Notes: a model not told the origin generated them from the sequence alone. DNA of 64,000 nucleotides from Alphaproteobacteria bacterium (GCA_965277685.1 OZ255830.1:1102829-1166828); one strand, 5' to 3'. Positions 28,012-38,488 are shown, counted from the stretch's first letter. A program made the numbers and translations.

Positions 28012-30071
28012 TAGGGGTGTTCCTTATCGTGGACGATGTCATGAACGATGCCGGGGGCGGCGTGGTTATGGACGATGTCATGAACGGTGTCATGAGCGAT
28101 GTCGGGGGCGGCGTGGTTATGGACGATGTCATGAACGATGTCATGAGCGATGTCGGGGGCGGCCGGATTATGGACGGCATGATTATGGGCAACGTCATCA
28201 TAGGCGGCAGTGCCGTGGATAATGCCATGAACGATGCCATGGACAATTTCGTCCTGGGGCCCGTCCTGGGGTCCGTCATGGGGGGTGTGATGGGGGCCAT
28301 CATAGGGGCCGTCATGGGCGGTGTGATGATGGGCGGTGCGGGTGTTTTTATCGATTGGACCCTTACCGATTACGGCATTGGCCGGGGGTTTTTTCGTGAT
28401 CGAACCAAGGCGGATGACCTTCAGCAATTCTCCTTTTTGGACGATGGAATCGTCCTCCCGTCCATTAAGGGTGGCAAGCCGTTCCAGACGCAGAGAATCA
28501 AATGCCATTGCGTTGACAAAGGCGGATAAGGGCGCGGTTTTGGTAACCTTGATAACATCGATATAACGTTGTCCGGGCCGGTGTATGTCACTGCTAACAT
28601 CGGCGATTGAAGCAAGGATCGAAGCGCGATCTTTTTCGCCTTGTACGGGATCTTGGGCGGTCATGGTAAAGCGCAAAATCAGATCTTTTCGCCACTCGAT
28701 GGCGATCAGGGCGGCATGGATTTTGTTGCCGTTTTTTGTCGTTCCTTGACCAAGGGCCATCGCCGCCGGTCGCTGATTGACGTGAAAGGAAACGATTTTA
28801 TCCTTCGGGGTGCCGGAAGACCAAATACGGGCGATATATTCGGCCGGGTTTTTGGTTTTGTGGGGGGTGTCGATATCGACAAGAACGCGCCGGTCGGCGG
28901 TGGCGGTGGCAAGGACAAAGGCGCTTTCATTGCGCAGGTTATAATCATCGGGGACGCGAAAACGAAGGCCAAGTTCGGGATGAATGAATTGCTTGTTCTC
29001 GATAAATCCCTGTTTTTCCGTGTTCTTACCATAGATCAAACCATTGATTTTTTGCAGATAGACATTCGTGCCGACGATCGGGTTATGTTGCGTCCCTTTG
29101 GCCCTGGCGCGATCATCCGAACGTTTGATTCGTTTGGGCGAAGATGGGTGGGTGGATAAAAAATCGCTTTGGTCACGCGCGTGATCCGCGCCATGGATTT
29201 TTTGTTGCAATCGGGCATGGGCGTGCAATTTGCGCAAAAAATCGGCCATCGCCCGGGTGTCGAATCCGGCTCTGCCCAAATAACGTATCGATAAATCATC
29301 GGCTTCGTATTCGCTGTCGCGGGAATGTTTCAGCATATATAATTGGGCACCTTGTCCGGCGATGTTGCTGACCGCGCGGCTTTCGGTCGCCGTGCCAAGC
29401 ATCGATAAAAGAAATTGCAGGATCGATCGCCGACCGATTTGGCGGGCCGTATGACGGGCGGTGACATGGCCGATTTCATGGCTGATGACCGCGGCCAGTT
29501 GGGCTTCATTATCGATATAGGCAAGCAATCCGCGATTGATGAATAAATAGCCGCCGGGAAGGGCCATGGCATTGGGAACCGGACTGTCGATGATGGAAAT
29601 ATGGAAGGGAATATGGGGAAGTTCCGATGTCTGCACGAGGAATTGGGTGATGCTGTTGATATAATCGTTCAGTTCCTTGTCTTCATAAAGGGTGTTGGAG
29701 CGCAGGATCTCATCCCTTACTTTTTCCCCGAGTTCGATATCATCCGTGAGCTGGAGCAGTGTGAAATCCCGCGTGCCGGTCGCCGGAATTGTCGTGCAGC
29801 CAAAAAGCACCCCGGCCAAGATGATGGCGATGGCGCATGGATGCCGGTAGCGATGTGAAAACCGGGATAAAAACCGGGGATACCCCCCGAATAAAGATCG
29901 AGGATGCCCCCCGAATAAAAACCGGGACAAGAATTGGGGGCAAAACCACAGCCAAGATCGATGCCCCCGGGCTTGATCGATCCGGGCGGGATGGGTCGCG
30001 GTGATGGCGTGATTCCGTTTTTCGGTATGATGGCGGCATGACCGCGATTTTTTCGTTTGTCTTTTTTCCAT
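28011..30071 (-). CDS. M48-family Zn metalloprotease with a lipoprotein-type signal (LFGC lipobox), a LysM-like module and an about 100-aa His/Asp-rich C-terminal repeat tail
   Basis: HEIGHVTARH zinc motif; …GELLKVIRLG… is LysM-like. The tail (HDIVHDIVHNHAAPDIAHD…) is encoded by repeats at 28030-28330. The N-terminus is ambiguous, with no in-frame ATG near the signal peptide. Confidence 0.75.
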   Translation of the reverse strand: MEKRQTKKSRSCRHHTEKRNHAITATHPARIDQARGHRSWLWFCPQFLSRFLFGGHPRSLFGGYPRFLSRFSHRYRHPCAIAIILAGVLFGCTTIPATGTRDFTLLQLTDDIELGEKVRDEILRSNTLYEDKELNDYINSITQFLVQTSELPHIPFHISIIDSPVPNAMALPGGYLFINRGLLAYIDNEAQLAAVISHEIGHVTARHTARQIGRRSILQFLLSMLGTATESRAVSNIAGQGAQLYMLKHSRDSEYEADDLSIRYLGRAGFDTRAMADFLRKLHAHARLQQKIHGADHARDQSDFLSTHPSSPKRIKRSDDRARAKGTQHNPIVGTNVYLQKINGLIYGKNTEKQGFIENKQFIHPELGLRFRVPDDYNLRNESAFVLATATADRRVLVDIDTPHKTKNPAEYIARIWSSGTPKDKIVSFHVNQRPAAMALGQGTTKNGNKIHAALIAIEWRKDLILRFTMTAQDPVQGEKDRASILASIADVSSDIHRPGQRYIDVIKVTKTAPLSAFVNAMAFDSLRLERLATLNGREDDSIVQKGELLKVIRLGSITKKPPANAVIGKGPIDKNTRTAHHHTAHDGPYDGPHHTPHDGPQDGPQDEIVHGIVHGIIHGTAAYDDVAHNHAVHNPAAPDIAHDIVHDIVHNHAAPDIAHDTVHDIVHNHAAPGIVHDIVHDKEHP

Positions 30072-30181
30072 ATTTGGGGTGGCGTTTTCGGTGGATGGTC
30101 TTTATCTGTATGTATCAGATGATAAGACAAAACCCCACATTGGAACAATGTTGGTTATCCGCCGTCCGATCGCCAACGATC

Positions 30182-30523
30182 ATGCGGGCCATTTTGGTGG
30201 TCGCTTTGGGTTTGTTATTCCCTTTCGATACGGCCTATGGGCGCGGCGTTGATCACGAACGGGCCAGACAGGCCGTTTTATCCCGGGAAATTCTCCCCTT
30301 GAATGAAATTCTGGATCAAGTCCCCGAAACGCACGGGGCAAAGGTTCTTTCGGTCGTTCTGGTCGATGGCGAGGACGGTTTGTATGGTTGGGTGTACGAT
30401 ATTTCGTTGTTGCGAGCCGGGGATAGGTTGATCATGCTGCGGATCGATGCCGGCACGGGATCGGTTTTATCCCGTCGTTTGCCCGCTGTGACCCCGTCCC
30501 AAGACCCCGATCCGGAACAATAA
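30182..30523 (+). CDS. Small secreted PepSY-like protein upstream of a two-component system
   Basis: Signal peptide MRAILVVALGLLFPFDTAYG. The length and position are those of PepSY-type regulators preceding response-regulator/kinase pairs. Confidence 0.45.
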   Translation: MRAILVVALGLLFPFDTAYGRGVDHERARQAVLSREILPLNEILDQVPETHGAKVLSVVLVDGEDGLYGWVYDISLLRAGDRLIMLRIDAGTGSVLSRRLPAVTPSQDPDPEQ

Positions 30524-30541
30524 CAGAGGAGGATATGCGAT

Positions 30542-31213
30542 ATGCGTGTATTGGTTGTCGAAGACGATCCGGATTTGTCCCAGCAATTGGCAAGTGCGCT
30601 GAAAGGTGCGGGCTATACGGTCGATATGACGCGCGATGGCGAGGAGGGGCACTTCCTCGGCGAAACCGAGCCTTATGACGCGGTCGTTCTCGATCTTGGT
30701 TTGCCCGTTTTGGATGGGGTGACCATTCTTAAACGGTGGCGCCAAGAGGGGCGCAAGATGCCGGTTTTGATTCTGACGGCCCGTGAAGGATGGAGCGAGA
30801 AAGTGACGGCCTTTGATGTCGGTGCCGATGATTATATGACAAAGCCCTTTCGGGTCGAGGAACTTCTCGCCCGTTTGCGGGCCTTGATTCGCCGTTCCAG
30901 CGGCCATGCCAGTGCCGAAATCGTGTGCGGCTCGGTCGTGCTTGACACGCGCAATGGCCGGGTCAGTGTCGATGGCACGCCGGTATCGTTGACGGCCCAT
31001 GAGTTTAAAATCCTTTCCTATATGATTCACCATCAGGATAAAATCATCTCGCGCACGGAGTTGACGGAACATATTTACGATCAGGATTTCGATCGTGATT
31101 CGAACACGATCGAGGTTTTTATCGGTCGTTTGCGCAAGAAACTTGCGGTGCCGGTGATCAAGACCGAACGCGGTCTTGGCTATCGGATGTGCGTGGATGA
31201 AAATCCGTCTTGA
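30542..31213 (+). CDS. OmpR-family response regulator
   Basis: MRVLVVEDDPDL…DAVVLDLGLP…ADDYMTKPF… with an OmpR winged-helix C-terminus. Confidence 0.85.
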   Translation: MRVLVVEDDPDLSQQLASALKGAGYTVDMTRDGEEGHFLGETEPYDAVVLDLGLPVLDGVTILKRWRQEGRKMPVLILTAREGWSEKVTAFDVGADDYMTKPFRVEELLARLRALIRRSSGHASAEIVCGSVVLDTRNGRVSVDGTPVSLTAHEFKILSYMIHHQDKIISRTELTEHIYDQDFDRDSNTIEVFIGRLRKKLAVPVIKTERGLGYRMCVDENPS

Positions 31214-32546
31214 TTCCCTTGCCTTTCGCCTTGTTGCCGGGGCGGGTCTTTGGATTATTGCGGTGATTATCGTCGGCGGGCTGGCTTTGTCGGCCATCTT
31301 TCAAAGCACGGTCGAGCGCGCCTTTGACCAGCGCCTCGCCGCCCAGATCGATACGTTGATTGCCGCCGTTCGAATCCATGATAACGGCAACGTATCCCTG
31401 ACCCGCACCTTGAACGATAAACGCTATGACGTGCCTTATTCCGGTTGGTATTGGCAGATTCACGCCCCTTGGGGCGGGGTGGTCTTGCGATCGCGTTCCC
31501 TTTGGGATCGGACATTGGATCCGCCGACCGATATGGGCGAGCGGCAGGGCTTTTACGAAAAGATGGAAAGCCGGAAAGTCGTGCGCCGCTATGCCAAGAA
31601 AGTTTTCTTTCCAAGTTTTTCAAGCCCGATGCTTTTCACCATCACCGGGGACGCAAAGGAAATCGATGCCGAAATTGGCCAATTCAACACGATGTTGTTT
31701 CTGTTCCTCGGTACCGTGGCGGTGGGATTGATTTTGGCGGTTTTGGTGCAGGTTTATTTCGGATTACGGCCACTGCGCCAAATCGAAAGGCAGCTTGCCC
31801 GTGTCCGCTTTGGCGAGGATGATCGCCTCAAGGGGCGCTTTCCCGTCGAAATATCGCCGATGGTCAGCGAGATTAACTCTCTTATTGATTATAACGCGGC
31901 CTTGCTCGATCGGGCCCGGCGTCATATCGGCAATCTTGTCCATGCCCTGCGCACCCCATTGACCGTATTGATGAACGAGGCCGAGCAAAGAAAAGGGCCC
32001 CTTGGCGATGTCGTCCGGCGGCAGAGCACGATCATGCAACGCTATATCCATCATCATTTATCCCGGGCGCGATCTTCGGGGCAATCGGGACTTCCCGGTA
32101 TGCGCACCTTGATCGGCCCCGTCGTTAACGATATCCGCCGGGTTCTGGTCAAACTTTATCCGCAATGCCGGATTGACACCAAGATGCCCGTGGCCGATTT
32201 ATGTTTTCGCGGCGAACGGGGCGATCTTGAAGAAATGATCGGCAATATTATGGAAAACGCCTGTAAATGGGCGAAATCCAAGGTTTGCCTGACGACCCGA
32301 TGGGATCGCGCGCGATTAACGATCACGATCGAGGATGACGGCCCGGGTCTTGGGGCCAAGGAACGCGATAAGGTTTTCGCACGCGGCGCGCGGCTGGATG
32401 AAAAAGTGCCCGGCAGTGGCCTTGGACTATCGATCGTGCAGGATTGCGTCGAATTATATGGTGGCACGGTGGTTCTTGATGATGCCGATCTTGGTGGATT
32501 AAGGGTGACATTGACCGTGCCGGGGGTGTCGGCGAAACCGGCATAG
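31197..32546 (+). CDS. Sensor histidine kinase partner of the 30542 regulator
   Basis: Two TM segments, a HAMP domain, an H-box (LVHALRTPLTVL) and HATPase N/G boxes (…NACKWA…DDGPGLG…GSGLGLSIV…). Confidence 0.8.
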   Translation: MKIRLDSLAFRLVAGAGLWIIAVIIVGGLALSAIFQSTVERAFDQRLAAQIDTLIAAVRIHDNGNVSLTRTLNDKRYDVPYSGWYWQIHAPWGGVVLRSRSLWDRTLDPPTDMGERQGFYEKMESRKVVRRYAKKVFFPSFSSPMLFTITGDAKEIDAEIGQFNTMLFLFLGTVAVGLILAVLVQVYFGLRPLRQIERQLARVRFGEDDRLKGRFPVEISPMVSEINSLIDYNAALLDRARRHIGNLVHALRTPLTVLMNEAEQRKGPLGDVVRRQSTIMQRYIHHHLSRARSSGQSGLPGMRTLIGPVVNDIRRVLVKLYPQCRIDTKMPVADLCFRGERGDLEEMIGNIMENACKWAKSKVCLTTRWDRARLTITIEDDGPGLGAKERDKVFARGARLDEKVPGSGLGLSIVQDCVELYGGTVVLDDADLGGLRVTLTVPGVSAKPA

Positions 32547-32554
32547 TTTTTTTT

Positions 32555-32745
32555 CCGTATGGACGGCGTTAGCGGGCTTATCCGGCGGTCGTTTTTCCGT
32601 ATGGGGTGGTCATGTCGGGCGACCCGAATATGGATATCCAGGTTTTTTCCGTATGGACGGCGTTAGCGGTCTTATCCGGCGGTCGTTTTTCCGTATGGGA
32701 TGGTCATGTCGGGCGACCCGGATATGGATATCCAGGTGGATATCC
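32555..32745. repeat. Tandem duplication (about 93 bp x2) immediately downstream of the histidine kinase gene
   Basis: ttttttccgtatggacggcgttagcgg[g/t]cttatccggcggtcgtttttccgtatggg[g/a]tggtcatgtcgggcgacccg[a/g]atatggatatccagg occurs twice. Confidence 0.8.
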
Positions 32746-32774
32746 AAGGGGGAGGATGTCTTTCCCCGGCGGCG

Positions 32775-33506
32775 TCAGCGGGGAATGGCCCGCTTTTTAC
32801 CGATAAGGGCCGCGATTGGCTTGAAGCTGCGCCGATGGTGGGGGGTAATCCCGTGCTTGGCCAAAGCGGCGCGGTGGTCGCGGGTGCCGTAACCGGCGTT
32901 CGAATGCCAAGAAAACCCCCGGTGGCGCGTGCATAATTTGGTCATAATTCGGTCGCGGATAACCTTGGCGATGATGGACGCGCCGGCAATGGCCGGGTGA
33001 TGATGATCGCCACGAATGACGGTGTGGACGGGAACGGCCGCAATCGGGGTCGGAAGATGGGGCGGGGCATGGATACCGTCGACGAGAATCATGTCCGGCA
33101 ATACATCCAATTTGATCAGCGCCCGCCGCATGGCAAGAAGCGATGCCTGTAAAATATTGATCCGATCGATTTCATCGGTGCTTGCGGCACCGACGGCAAA
33201 GGACGCGCGATGATCGACAAGGGCGTTAAAGGCGGCGTTGCGTTGTTTCGCGGTGAGGGTTTTGGAATCGCGGATCAAAGGCGCCAAAAGCGGATCCGGG
33301 CGTCCCCCACGAAGAATCAGCGCCGCCGCGACAACCGGCCCGGCCCAAGGGCCCCTTCCGACTTCATCAACGCCGGCAATGGTCAATGCGGGTGAAAAGG
33401 CCCCGGTCGGTAGAACGTGGGGGTTGCCGCTTTGATCATTCTCCCTTTGGCGATGATCCCCTTGATGATTGTCCCCTTGATGATTGTCCCTTTGGCGATG
33501 GCCCAT
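32775..33506 (-). CDS. rnhB: Ribonuclease HII with an N-terminal GDNHQ repeat extension
   Basis: …IAGVDEVGRGPWAGPVVAAALIL… motif. The true start is likely downstream of the repeat. Confidence 0.85.
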   Translation of the reverse strand: MGHRQRDNHQGDNHQGDHRQRENDQSGNPHVLPTGAFSPALTIAGVDEVGRGPWAGPVVAAALILRGGRPDPLLAPLIRDSKTLTAKQRNAAFNALVDHRASFAVGAASTDEIDRINILQASLLAMRRALIKLDVLPDMILVDGIHAPPHLPTPIAAVPVHTVIRGDHHHPAIAGASIIAKVIRDRIMTKLCTRHRGFSWHSNAGYGTRDHRAALAKHGITPHHRRSFKPIAALIGKKRAIPR

Positions 33507-33571
33507 TTGCTATGGCCGGTCGAAGGTTGTCGGGATTGTCCATTTTCCAGGGTTCATGACGGCGGCGGTGT

Positions 33572-34834
33572 TTATTTAGGCACCAACATGTCGCGTATCT
33601 CGTCATGCCAATGTTTGATTTTTGCCGGTATTTTCCGACAGATAAAATGCCCGGCATCGATATGGGATAATGTTGCCGATAGCGATGATTCGGGCGGAAT
33701 TTTCCGCACTTTTTCGATAAGAGGCATCGATAGCGACGTCACGATCAAGGAGAGCGAGGCAATGATGATAACCAGCGAGTATTCTTGCGATTGAAGGATT
33801 CCGGCTTCGAATCCGGATTGAGCCAGGAGAAAAGAGAACTCGCCGATTTGCGCAAGAGCGAGCGATAATCCCAATGCCCGAGGCCATGTATCCCCCGCTA
33901 GGCGTAAAATAAACGCATTGATAAAAGTTTTGCCGATCAGGATGAGGATCAGGAAAAAAAGAACCGAGTGCCAATGCTGGGAAATGGTTCCAAGGTCAAT
34001 GCGCAGCCCGACCGAGAGAAAAAAGCCCATGATGAGAAGATTGCTGACCGGGCGGACATTATTCAAAATGACATCGCGTTTTTTGCTGTGGGCAAGGACA
34101 AGCCCGGCCAGAAAGGCACCATAAGCGGGCGAAAGCCCGATCACACCGGAAACGGTGGCGCTGGCAAGACATAGTCCAATCCCGATCATCAAGGCCATTT
34201 CGCGGCGATTGCGCCGGATCGTGAAAGGCAGAGAAATCACCTTGTGCCGCGAAAGGGTGGCCAGAAGCAGACTGACAATGGCGATGGCGCCGACGACTTG
34301 GAGGACGGCGATCATGCTGAAGGCCTCGGCAATATTGTCGATGATCAGCATCATGGGCACGAAGGCGATATCTTGGGCGATCAGAATGCCGACCAGGGCG
34401 GTCAGAAAAGACGCCGGGAAAGGGTTATGGGATTCCGATAATTTGATGGCAAGGGCGGTGCTGGACAAGGCGGCGATAAAACCGAATAGAACCGCTTTTG
34501 GCCAAGCCCAGGCAAAGGCGAAAGACAATGCCCAAGTGACGGCAAGGGCAAGGATAATCTGCGCCGCGCAAATCACGCATGACCGTTTCCATATTTTACG
34601 AAACCCCTCCAGCGGCAGTTCCATTCCGATGACGAAAAGCAGCATGACAATCCCCAATTCGGCAATGATGTGGATTTCATGCCGACTGTCGACGATGCCC
34701 ATGAACGACGGGCCAAGGATAAAGCCGGCGACGATATACCCAATGATCGGCGGTTGCCGCATGAAACTCATGGCGGCACCGAAAAACAAGGCCACAAGGA
34801 TGACAAAGGCAATGGCGGTAATATCAAAATGCAT
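33572..34834 (-). CDS. Monovalent cation:proton antiporter, CPA2/Kef type (membrane domain only)
   Basis: About 12 hydrophobic helices (MHFDITAIAFVILVALFFGAAMSF…). GAAGGAG RBS; the start overlaps the mogA stop. Confidence 0.8.
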   Translation of the reverse strand: MHFDITAIAFVILVALFFGAAMSFMRQPPIIGYIVAGFILGPSFMGIVDSRHEIHIIAELGIVMLLFVIGMELPLEGFRKIWKRSCVICAAQIILALAVTWALSFAFAWAWPKAVLFGFIAALSSTALAIKLSESHNPFPASFLTALVGILIAQDIAFVPMMLIIDNIAEAFSMIAVLQVVGAIAIVSLLLATLSRHKVISLPFTIRRNRREMALMIGIGLCLASATVSGVIGLSPAYGAFLAGLVLAHSKKRDVILNNVRPVSNLLIMGFFLSVGLRIDLGTISQHWHSVLFFLILILIGKTFINAFILRLAGDTWPRALGLSLALAQIGEFSFLLAQSGFEAGILQSQEYSLVIIIASLSLIVTSLSMPLIEKVRKIPPESSLSATLSHIDAGHFICRKIPAKIKHWHDEIRDMLVPK

Positions 34835-35355
34835 TATCGTTTCTCCTTCAGCCGAGGGATAATGTCGACGAGATTGCACGGTCGCGTTCGGCTATCGAGT
34901 TGATGGCACAAAATATGTTCCCATGCGTCGCGGCATGCCCCCGGTGAGCCGGGAAGAGTGAACATATACGTGCCGTTGGCAACACCGGCACCGGCCCGTG
35001 ACTGGATGGTGGATGTGCCGATGGTGCGGTAACTGAGCATTCGGAACACCTCGCCAAATCCGGGAATTTCCTTTTCATAGAGATCGGCAAAGGCCTCCGG
35101 CGCGCAATCGCGTCCGGTTAATCCGGTGCTTCCGGTGGCAATGACGGCATGCACGTTTTCATCTTTAAGCCAGGGGCGGATCCGGGCGCAAATTTTATCG
35201 CGATCATCGGTGACGATCGCGCGATGGATCAGACCGTGTCCGGATTCAAGGATGTATTTTTCCAAGATATCCCCCGATTTGTCGTTATCGGGCCGACGGC
35301 TATCGGAAATGGTCAACAGGGCAATGCCAAGGGGGATGAAGGAAGGGGGGGGCAT
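34834..35355 (-). CDS. mogA: Molybdenum cofactor biosynthesis protein MogA/MoaB family
   Basis: …AVIATGSTGLTGRDCAPEA…GSPGACRDAWE… matches the MoCF-biosynthesis domain pattern. Confidence 0.8.
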   Translation of the reverse strand: MPPPSFIPLGIALLTISDSRRPDNDKSGDILEKYILESGHGLIHRAIVTDDRDKICARIRPWLKDENVHAVIATGSTGLTGRDCAPEAFADLYEKEIPGFGEVFRMLSYRTIGTSTIQSRAGAGVANGTYMFTLPGSPGACRDAWEHILCHQLDSRTRPCNLVDIIPRLKEKR

Positions 35356-35854
35356 TTTTGATGGGGAATGAGTCGTTTGGAAATAGGGGCGTTTGGAAAT
35401 GGGGGCGGTTGAAAATATGGCAATCTTGAGGATATGGAATTTTAGAATACGCTACCTATAATGCGTTGTCCAAATACGGTACTCCAATACGGCCCCTCGA
35501 TACATGACTTCGTCGCCCAAGATCGATACGGCGATAAAAACACGCATTATTCACTTTTCACGTATCCACTTGTTATGAGTAGACATTAGCAGCAAACAAT
35601 CGGCAAATTTTTTCATTGCCGGACGTGACGCCACCGGACATCGATGGCGTATATCGGGCCCGATACGAACAACGCCGCTGTCTTTCGGCAGCGGCGTTGT
35701 TGTCCCGTAAAGGGAAGTTGCCGTATACGGCAACGGGTATCATAACGGCATCAAAGCCCGGTCATTATGACCGACCGGTCAGCCATCGACACAACCTCGA
35801 CAAAAGGCCGCCGCCAGAACACGGCGGTTTATCTTCTGACGTGTTGTGTGACTT

Positions 35855-36364
35855 TCAACTCGCCGCAAACGGATGCGTCGCGCTGCCGCGTTCTTTCAAG
35901 ACGCTGTCAACCGACGGTGTGCCGGAAACCGCGCGTTCAATCGAAAGCTTGGTTGCTTCGTAATTGTACTGCTGGATCTTTTGATCGTCCTCGGCCTGCC
36001 AATGGATAAAGACACCGACGGAAATGAACAGGTTCTCGGCCTCTGCCTTGGGAATGGTGCCTTCTTCGACACAATCCATCACGGCTTTGGCAACGCCCGC
36101 TTGGGCCGGTCCGAACATCTGGACGGCTTGCTTGGCGCCCTTGATCGTCACCTTGTTGAACATCACCGTTGCCGGTTTGGTCATCAGGTTTGGCGCGACA
36201 ACGGCAAGCAAGCCGTTAACGCCTTCTTTTTGATCGGTCAGTGTCCGGGCGAAGACCTCTTCGGCCGGTGTGCCACGTGGGCCGATGATAAGATCAATAT
36301 GGGCGACTTCGTTACCGTCACCGACCAATGCTTCTCCGATCATCATATGATTAATTTTAGCCAT
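35855..36364 (-). CDS. fae: Formaldehyde-activating enzyme (5,6,7,8-tetrahydromethanopterin hydro-lyase)
   Basis: 169 aa, [36 protein letters not shown]… is near-canonical Fae. Strong GAGGAAGGGA RBS. Confidence 0.9.
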   Translation of the reverse strand: MAKINHMMIGEALVGDGNEVAHIDLIIGPRGTPAEEVFARTLTDQKEGVNGLLAVVAPNLMTKPATVMFNKVTIKGAKQAVQMFGPAQAGVAKAVMDCVEEGTIPKAEAENLFISVGVFIHWQAEDDQKIQQYNYEATKLSIERAVSGTPSVDSVLKERGSATHPFAAS

Positions 36365-36413
36365 AATCCCTTCCTCTTATAATGGGGTAATGTGGATGTT
36401 CTGATTGGAAGGG

Positions 36414-37469
36414 CTATTTCCCTTCCGAACCGACTATATCGCCTAGGAAATGGACTAGCAAGACCGCAACTGTAAAATCGGCACTGGTTCCGGGATTGAT
36501 ACGGCGTTCTTTGAGGTGTCGATCCCACTCGGTCAGGATGTTAATATCGCGTTTTTTGCGAAAACTATCTATGCGAGACAACGCTTCACGGCGTATTTGG
36601 CGGGCTTTGGCGATGCCGTGTTTGCGCCGTATGTGGCTGTCGATAAAATGGGTCAGAAAATAAAAATAAACATCAAGGATGGCGGTTGCGTAATTGCCAT
36701 GGGTTGCCAATCCTGATTCCAGCACGTTTTTTTCCGCGTCAAAAACATCGTGAAAATGATTGGCGTATTGCGCGGCGATGCGATCCTCGGTGCGCACGCT
36801 TGCCATTGCGTCGACAAGCGACACCGATGGGGCGGTGTCGCGTATATCGTGATGCTCCCTTTGGCCAAGACCGCCCGGATTCGCCCCGCGAATGGCGCGA
36901 TAGACCAGGCGCGTATCGCGCCGATCAAGGGATTCCAGGCAATATTTAACCCCGGCTTTAATCTCGGCTTTAGCCCCGGATGGATCCCCCCATTGATCCC
37001 CAAATGGATTTTTGGCCTTACTCTCGGCTTTATTCTTGGTCTTATTTTGGACCTTATTCTGGGCGGGCAACGGGGTTTGCGGCCGTTGGGCCGCTTGAAT
37101 AAGGGGGGCGGCCAGCAGGATAATGCCAAGATTTGTGTTACAGCCGGTGGCGCGAAAAGATGTCCGTTGGGCAAGCCAGATGCGTTGACCGATGCCGATG
37201 CCACCCATCGCGATCATCGGCGCGCTGGCATCGGCACCGGTGCGCATGTCGGTATAATCCATGCCGTGGCCGCCCGCGAATATATGGACATTCCCGGGCT
37301 TGATGACGCCCAGTTCGGCAAGGCAAGCGCGGCGATAGGCCGATGCGATGGCCGGAGATGGCACCCGATCGGGCACCCGATGGCCGGTCATGATTGCCAT
37401 CGCCCGGCACAGTGGGCGGCGATTGCCGCGGCGACATCGATCCCGCAACAGGCTTGCAGCCCACTCCAC
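36414..37469 (-). CDS. Triphosphoribosyl-dephospho-CoA synthase (CitG/MdcB)-like protein of the H4MPT-linked gene set
   Basis: CitG-like length and pattern (…NPGTSADFTVAV…). It carries a KNK-rich repeat insertion. Its position between fae and the ATP-grasp gene matches methylotroph H4MPT clusters. Confidence 0.5.
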   Translation of the reverse strand: MEWAASLLRDRCRRGNRRPLCRAMAIMTGHRVPDRVPSPAIASAYRRACLAELGVIKPGNVHIFAGGHGMDYTDMRTGADASAPMIAMGGIGIGQRIWLAQRTSFRATGCNTNLGIILLAAPLIQAAQRPQTPLPAQNKVQNKTKNKAESKAKNPFGDQWGDPSGAKAEIKAGVKYCLESLDRRDTRLVYRAIRGANPGGLGQREHHDIRDTAPSVSLVDAMASVRTEDRIAAQYANHFHDVFDAEKNVLESGLATHGNYATAILDVYFYFLTHFIDSHIRRKHGIAKARQIRREALSRIDSFRKKRDINILTEWDRHLKERRINPGTSADFTVAVLLVHFLGDIVGSEGK

Positions 37470-38488
37470 GCGGGGATGCCGTTGACCTCAATCAGGTGGA
37501 TATGTCCGTCTCGGTCGATGATCAAATCGACACCGGCATAATCGGCACCGACGGCGGCGGCGGCGGCAACGGCGATGGCCGATTCGGCGGGTGTCGTTGC
37601 GACTTTGTGTCCGGCACCGCCCCGATGAACGTTAACGATCCAGTGTCGGGAGCGCCGCTCCATGATGGCAAGGCATTGCCCCTTGATGACAAAGGCGCGG
37701 TGATCCCGATAGACGCCATTATCGTCGCGCCCGTCGATAAAGCGTTGCAGATACCAGATTCCGGCAACGGCATCGGCATCGGGCAGGTCTTGTGGCGTGT
37801 CCAGCAAAACGATATTCCGACCGCGCGAACCGAATAACGGCTTGCAGACCAGGGTATGTCCGTTGGCGGATGAATCGTTCGCGATGGCCATTGCGTGGTT
37901 GCGGTTATGGCAGACCCAGCTTGGCGCGATGGGCAATCCGGCATGGTGGAGAAGAAAAGAGCACAATCCCTTGTCGACCGTGCGCTCGATCGCCCGGGCC
38001 GGGTTGATGACCGGCACACCGGCTTTTTCCAAAGCATGCAGAACGGCGAGACGAAAGGTGATTTGTTCAAGGCTGCCGTTCCCGATGCCACGGACGAAAG
38101 CACCCCTTGGAAGGGATTGAAACCCCGGGACGGTGATGCCGTGACGATGGCCGGTCAGCACGCAATCGGTAAGGGAAGAAACGATGACGCCGATCCCTTG
38201 TGCGCGCAGGGCGCGGCCCATCGCATCGGTGTGTCCGTCGTCATTATGGGCAAAGATGACCACGCTTTGCCCATGGGGATCATCCGGTCGGTTTTTGGCC
38301 GGTTTCTTGGCCGGTTTTTTTGGCCGGTTTTTGGGCCCGTTGCCGATCGGATTTTGGATCGGGTCTTTGGCCGGGTTTTGGGCCGGTTTTTTGGCCCCGT
38401 TGCCGACCGGGTTTTGGATCGGGTTTTGTGGCCGTCGATCGGGTCGTTTATCGGGGGGTGCCAAAGGATTGATCAAGCAATTCTTCAT
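37388..38488 (-). CDS. RimK-like ATP-grasp ligase (H4MPT-associated, MptN/Orf5-like) with a Pro/Lys-rich N-terminal repeat
   Basis: GGAGG RBS before MKNCLINPL. ATP-grasp motifs are present (…IWYLQRFIDGRD…, …DLIIDRDGHIHLIEVNGIPAWSGLQ…). Confidence 0.6.
   Translation of the reverse strand: MKNCLINPLAPPDKRPDRRPQNPIQNPVGNGAKKPAQNPAKDPIQNPIGNGPKNRPKKPAKKPAKNRPDDPHGQSVVIFAHNDDGHTDAMGRALRAQGIGVIVSSLTDCVLTGHRHGITVPGFQSLPRGAFVRGIGNGSLEQITFRLAVLHALEKAGVPVINPARAIERTVDKGLCSFLLHHAGLPIAPSWVCHNRNHAMAIANDSSANGHTLVCKPLFGSRGRNIVLLDTPQDLPDADAVAGIWYLQRFIDGRDDNGVYRDHRAFVIKGQCLAIMERRSRHWIVNVHRGGAGHKVATTPAESAIAVAAAAAVGADYAGVDLIIDRDGHIHLIEVNGIPAWSGLQACCGIDVAAAIAAHCAGRWQS

Noticed and set aside
35360-35855. Possible Moco riboswitch or sRNA upstream of mogA (hairpins at 35668-35705 and 35800-35830)
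   Set aside because: The inverted repeats are present, but I cannot match the Moco-RNA consensus by eye, and the T-run orientation is ambiguous. Not reportable without a covariance-model search.
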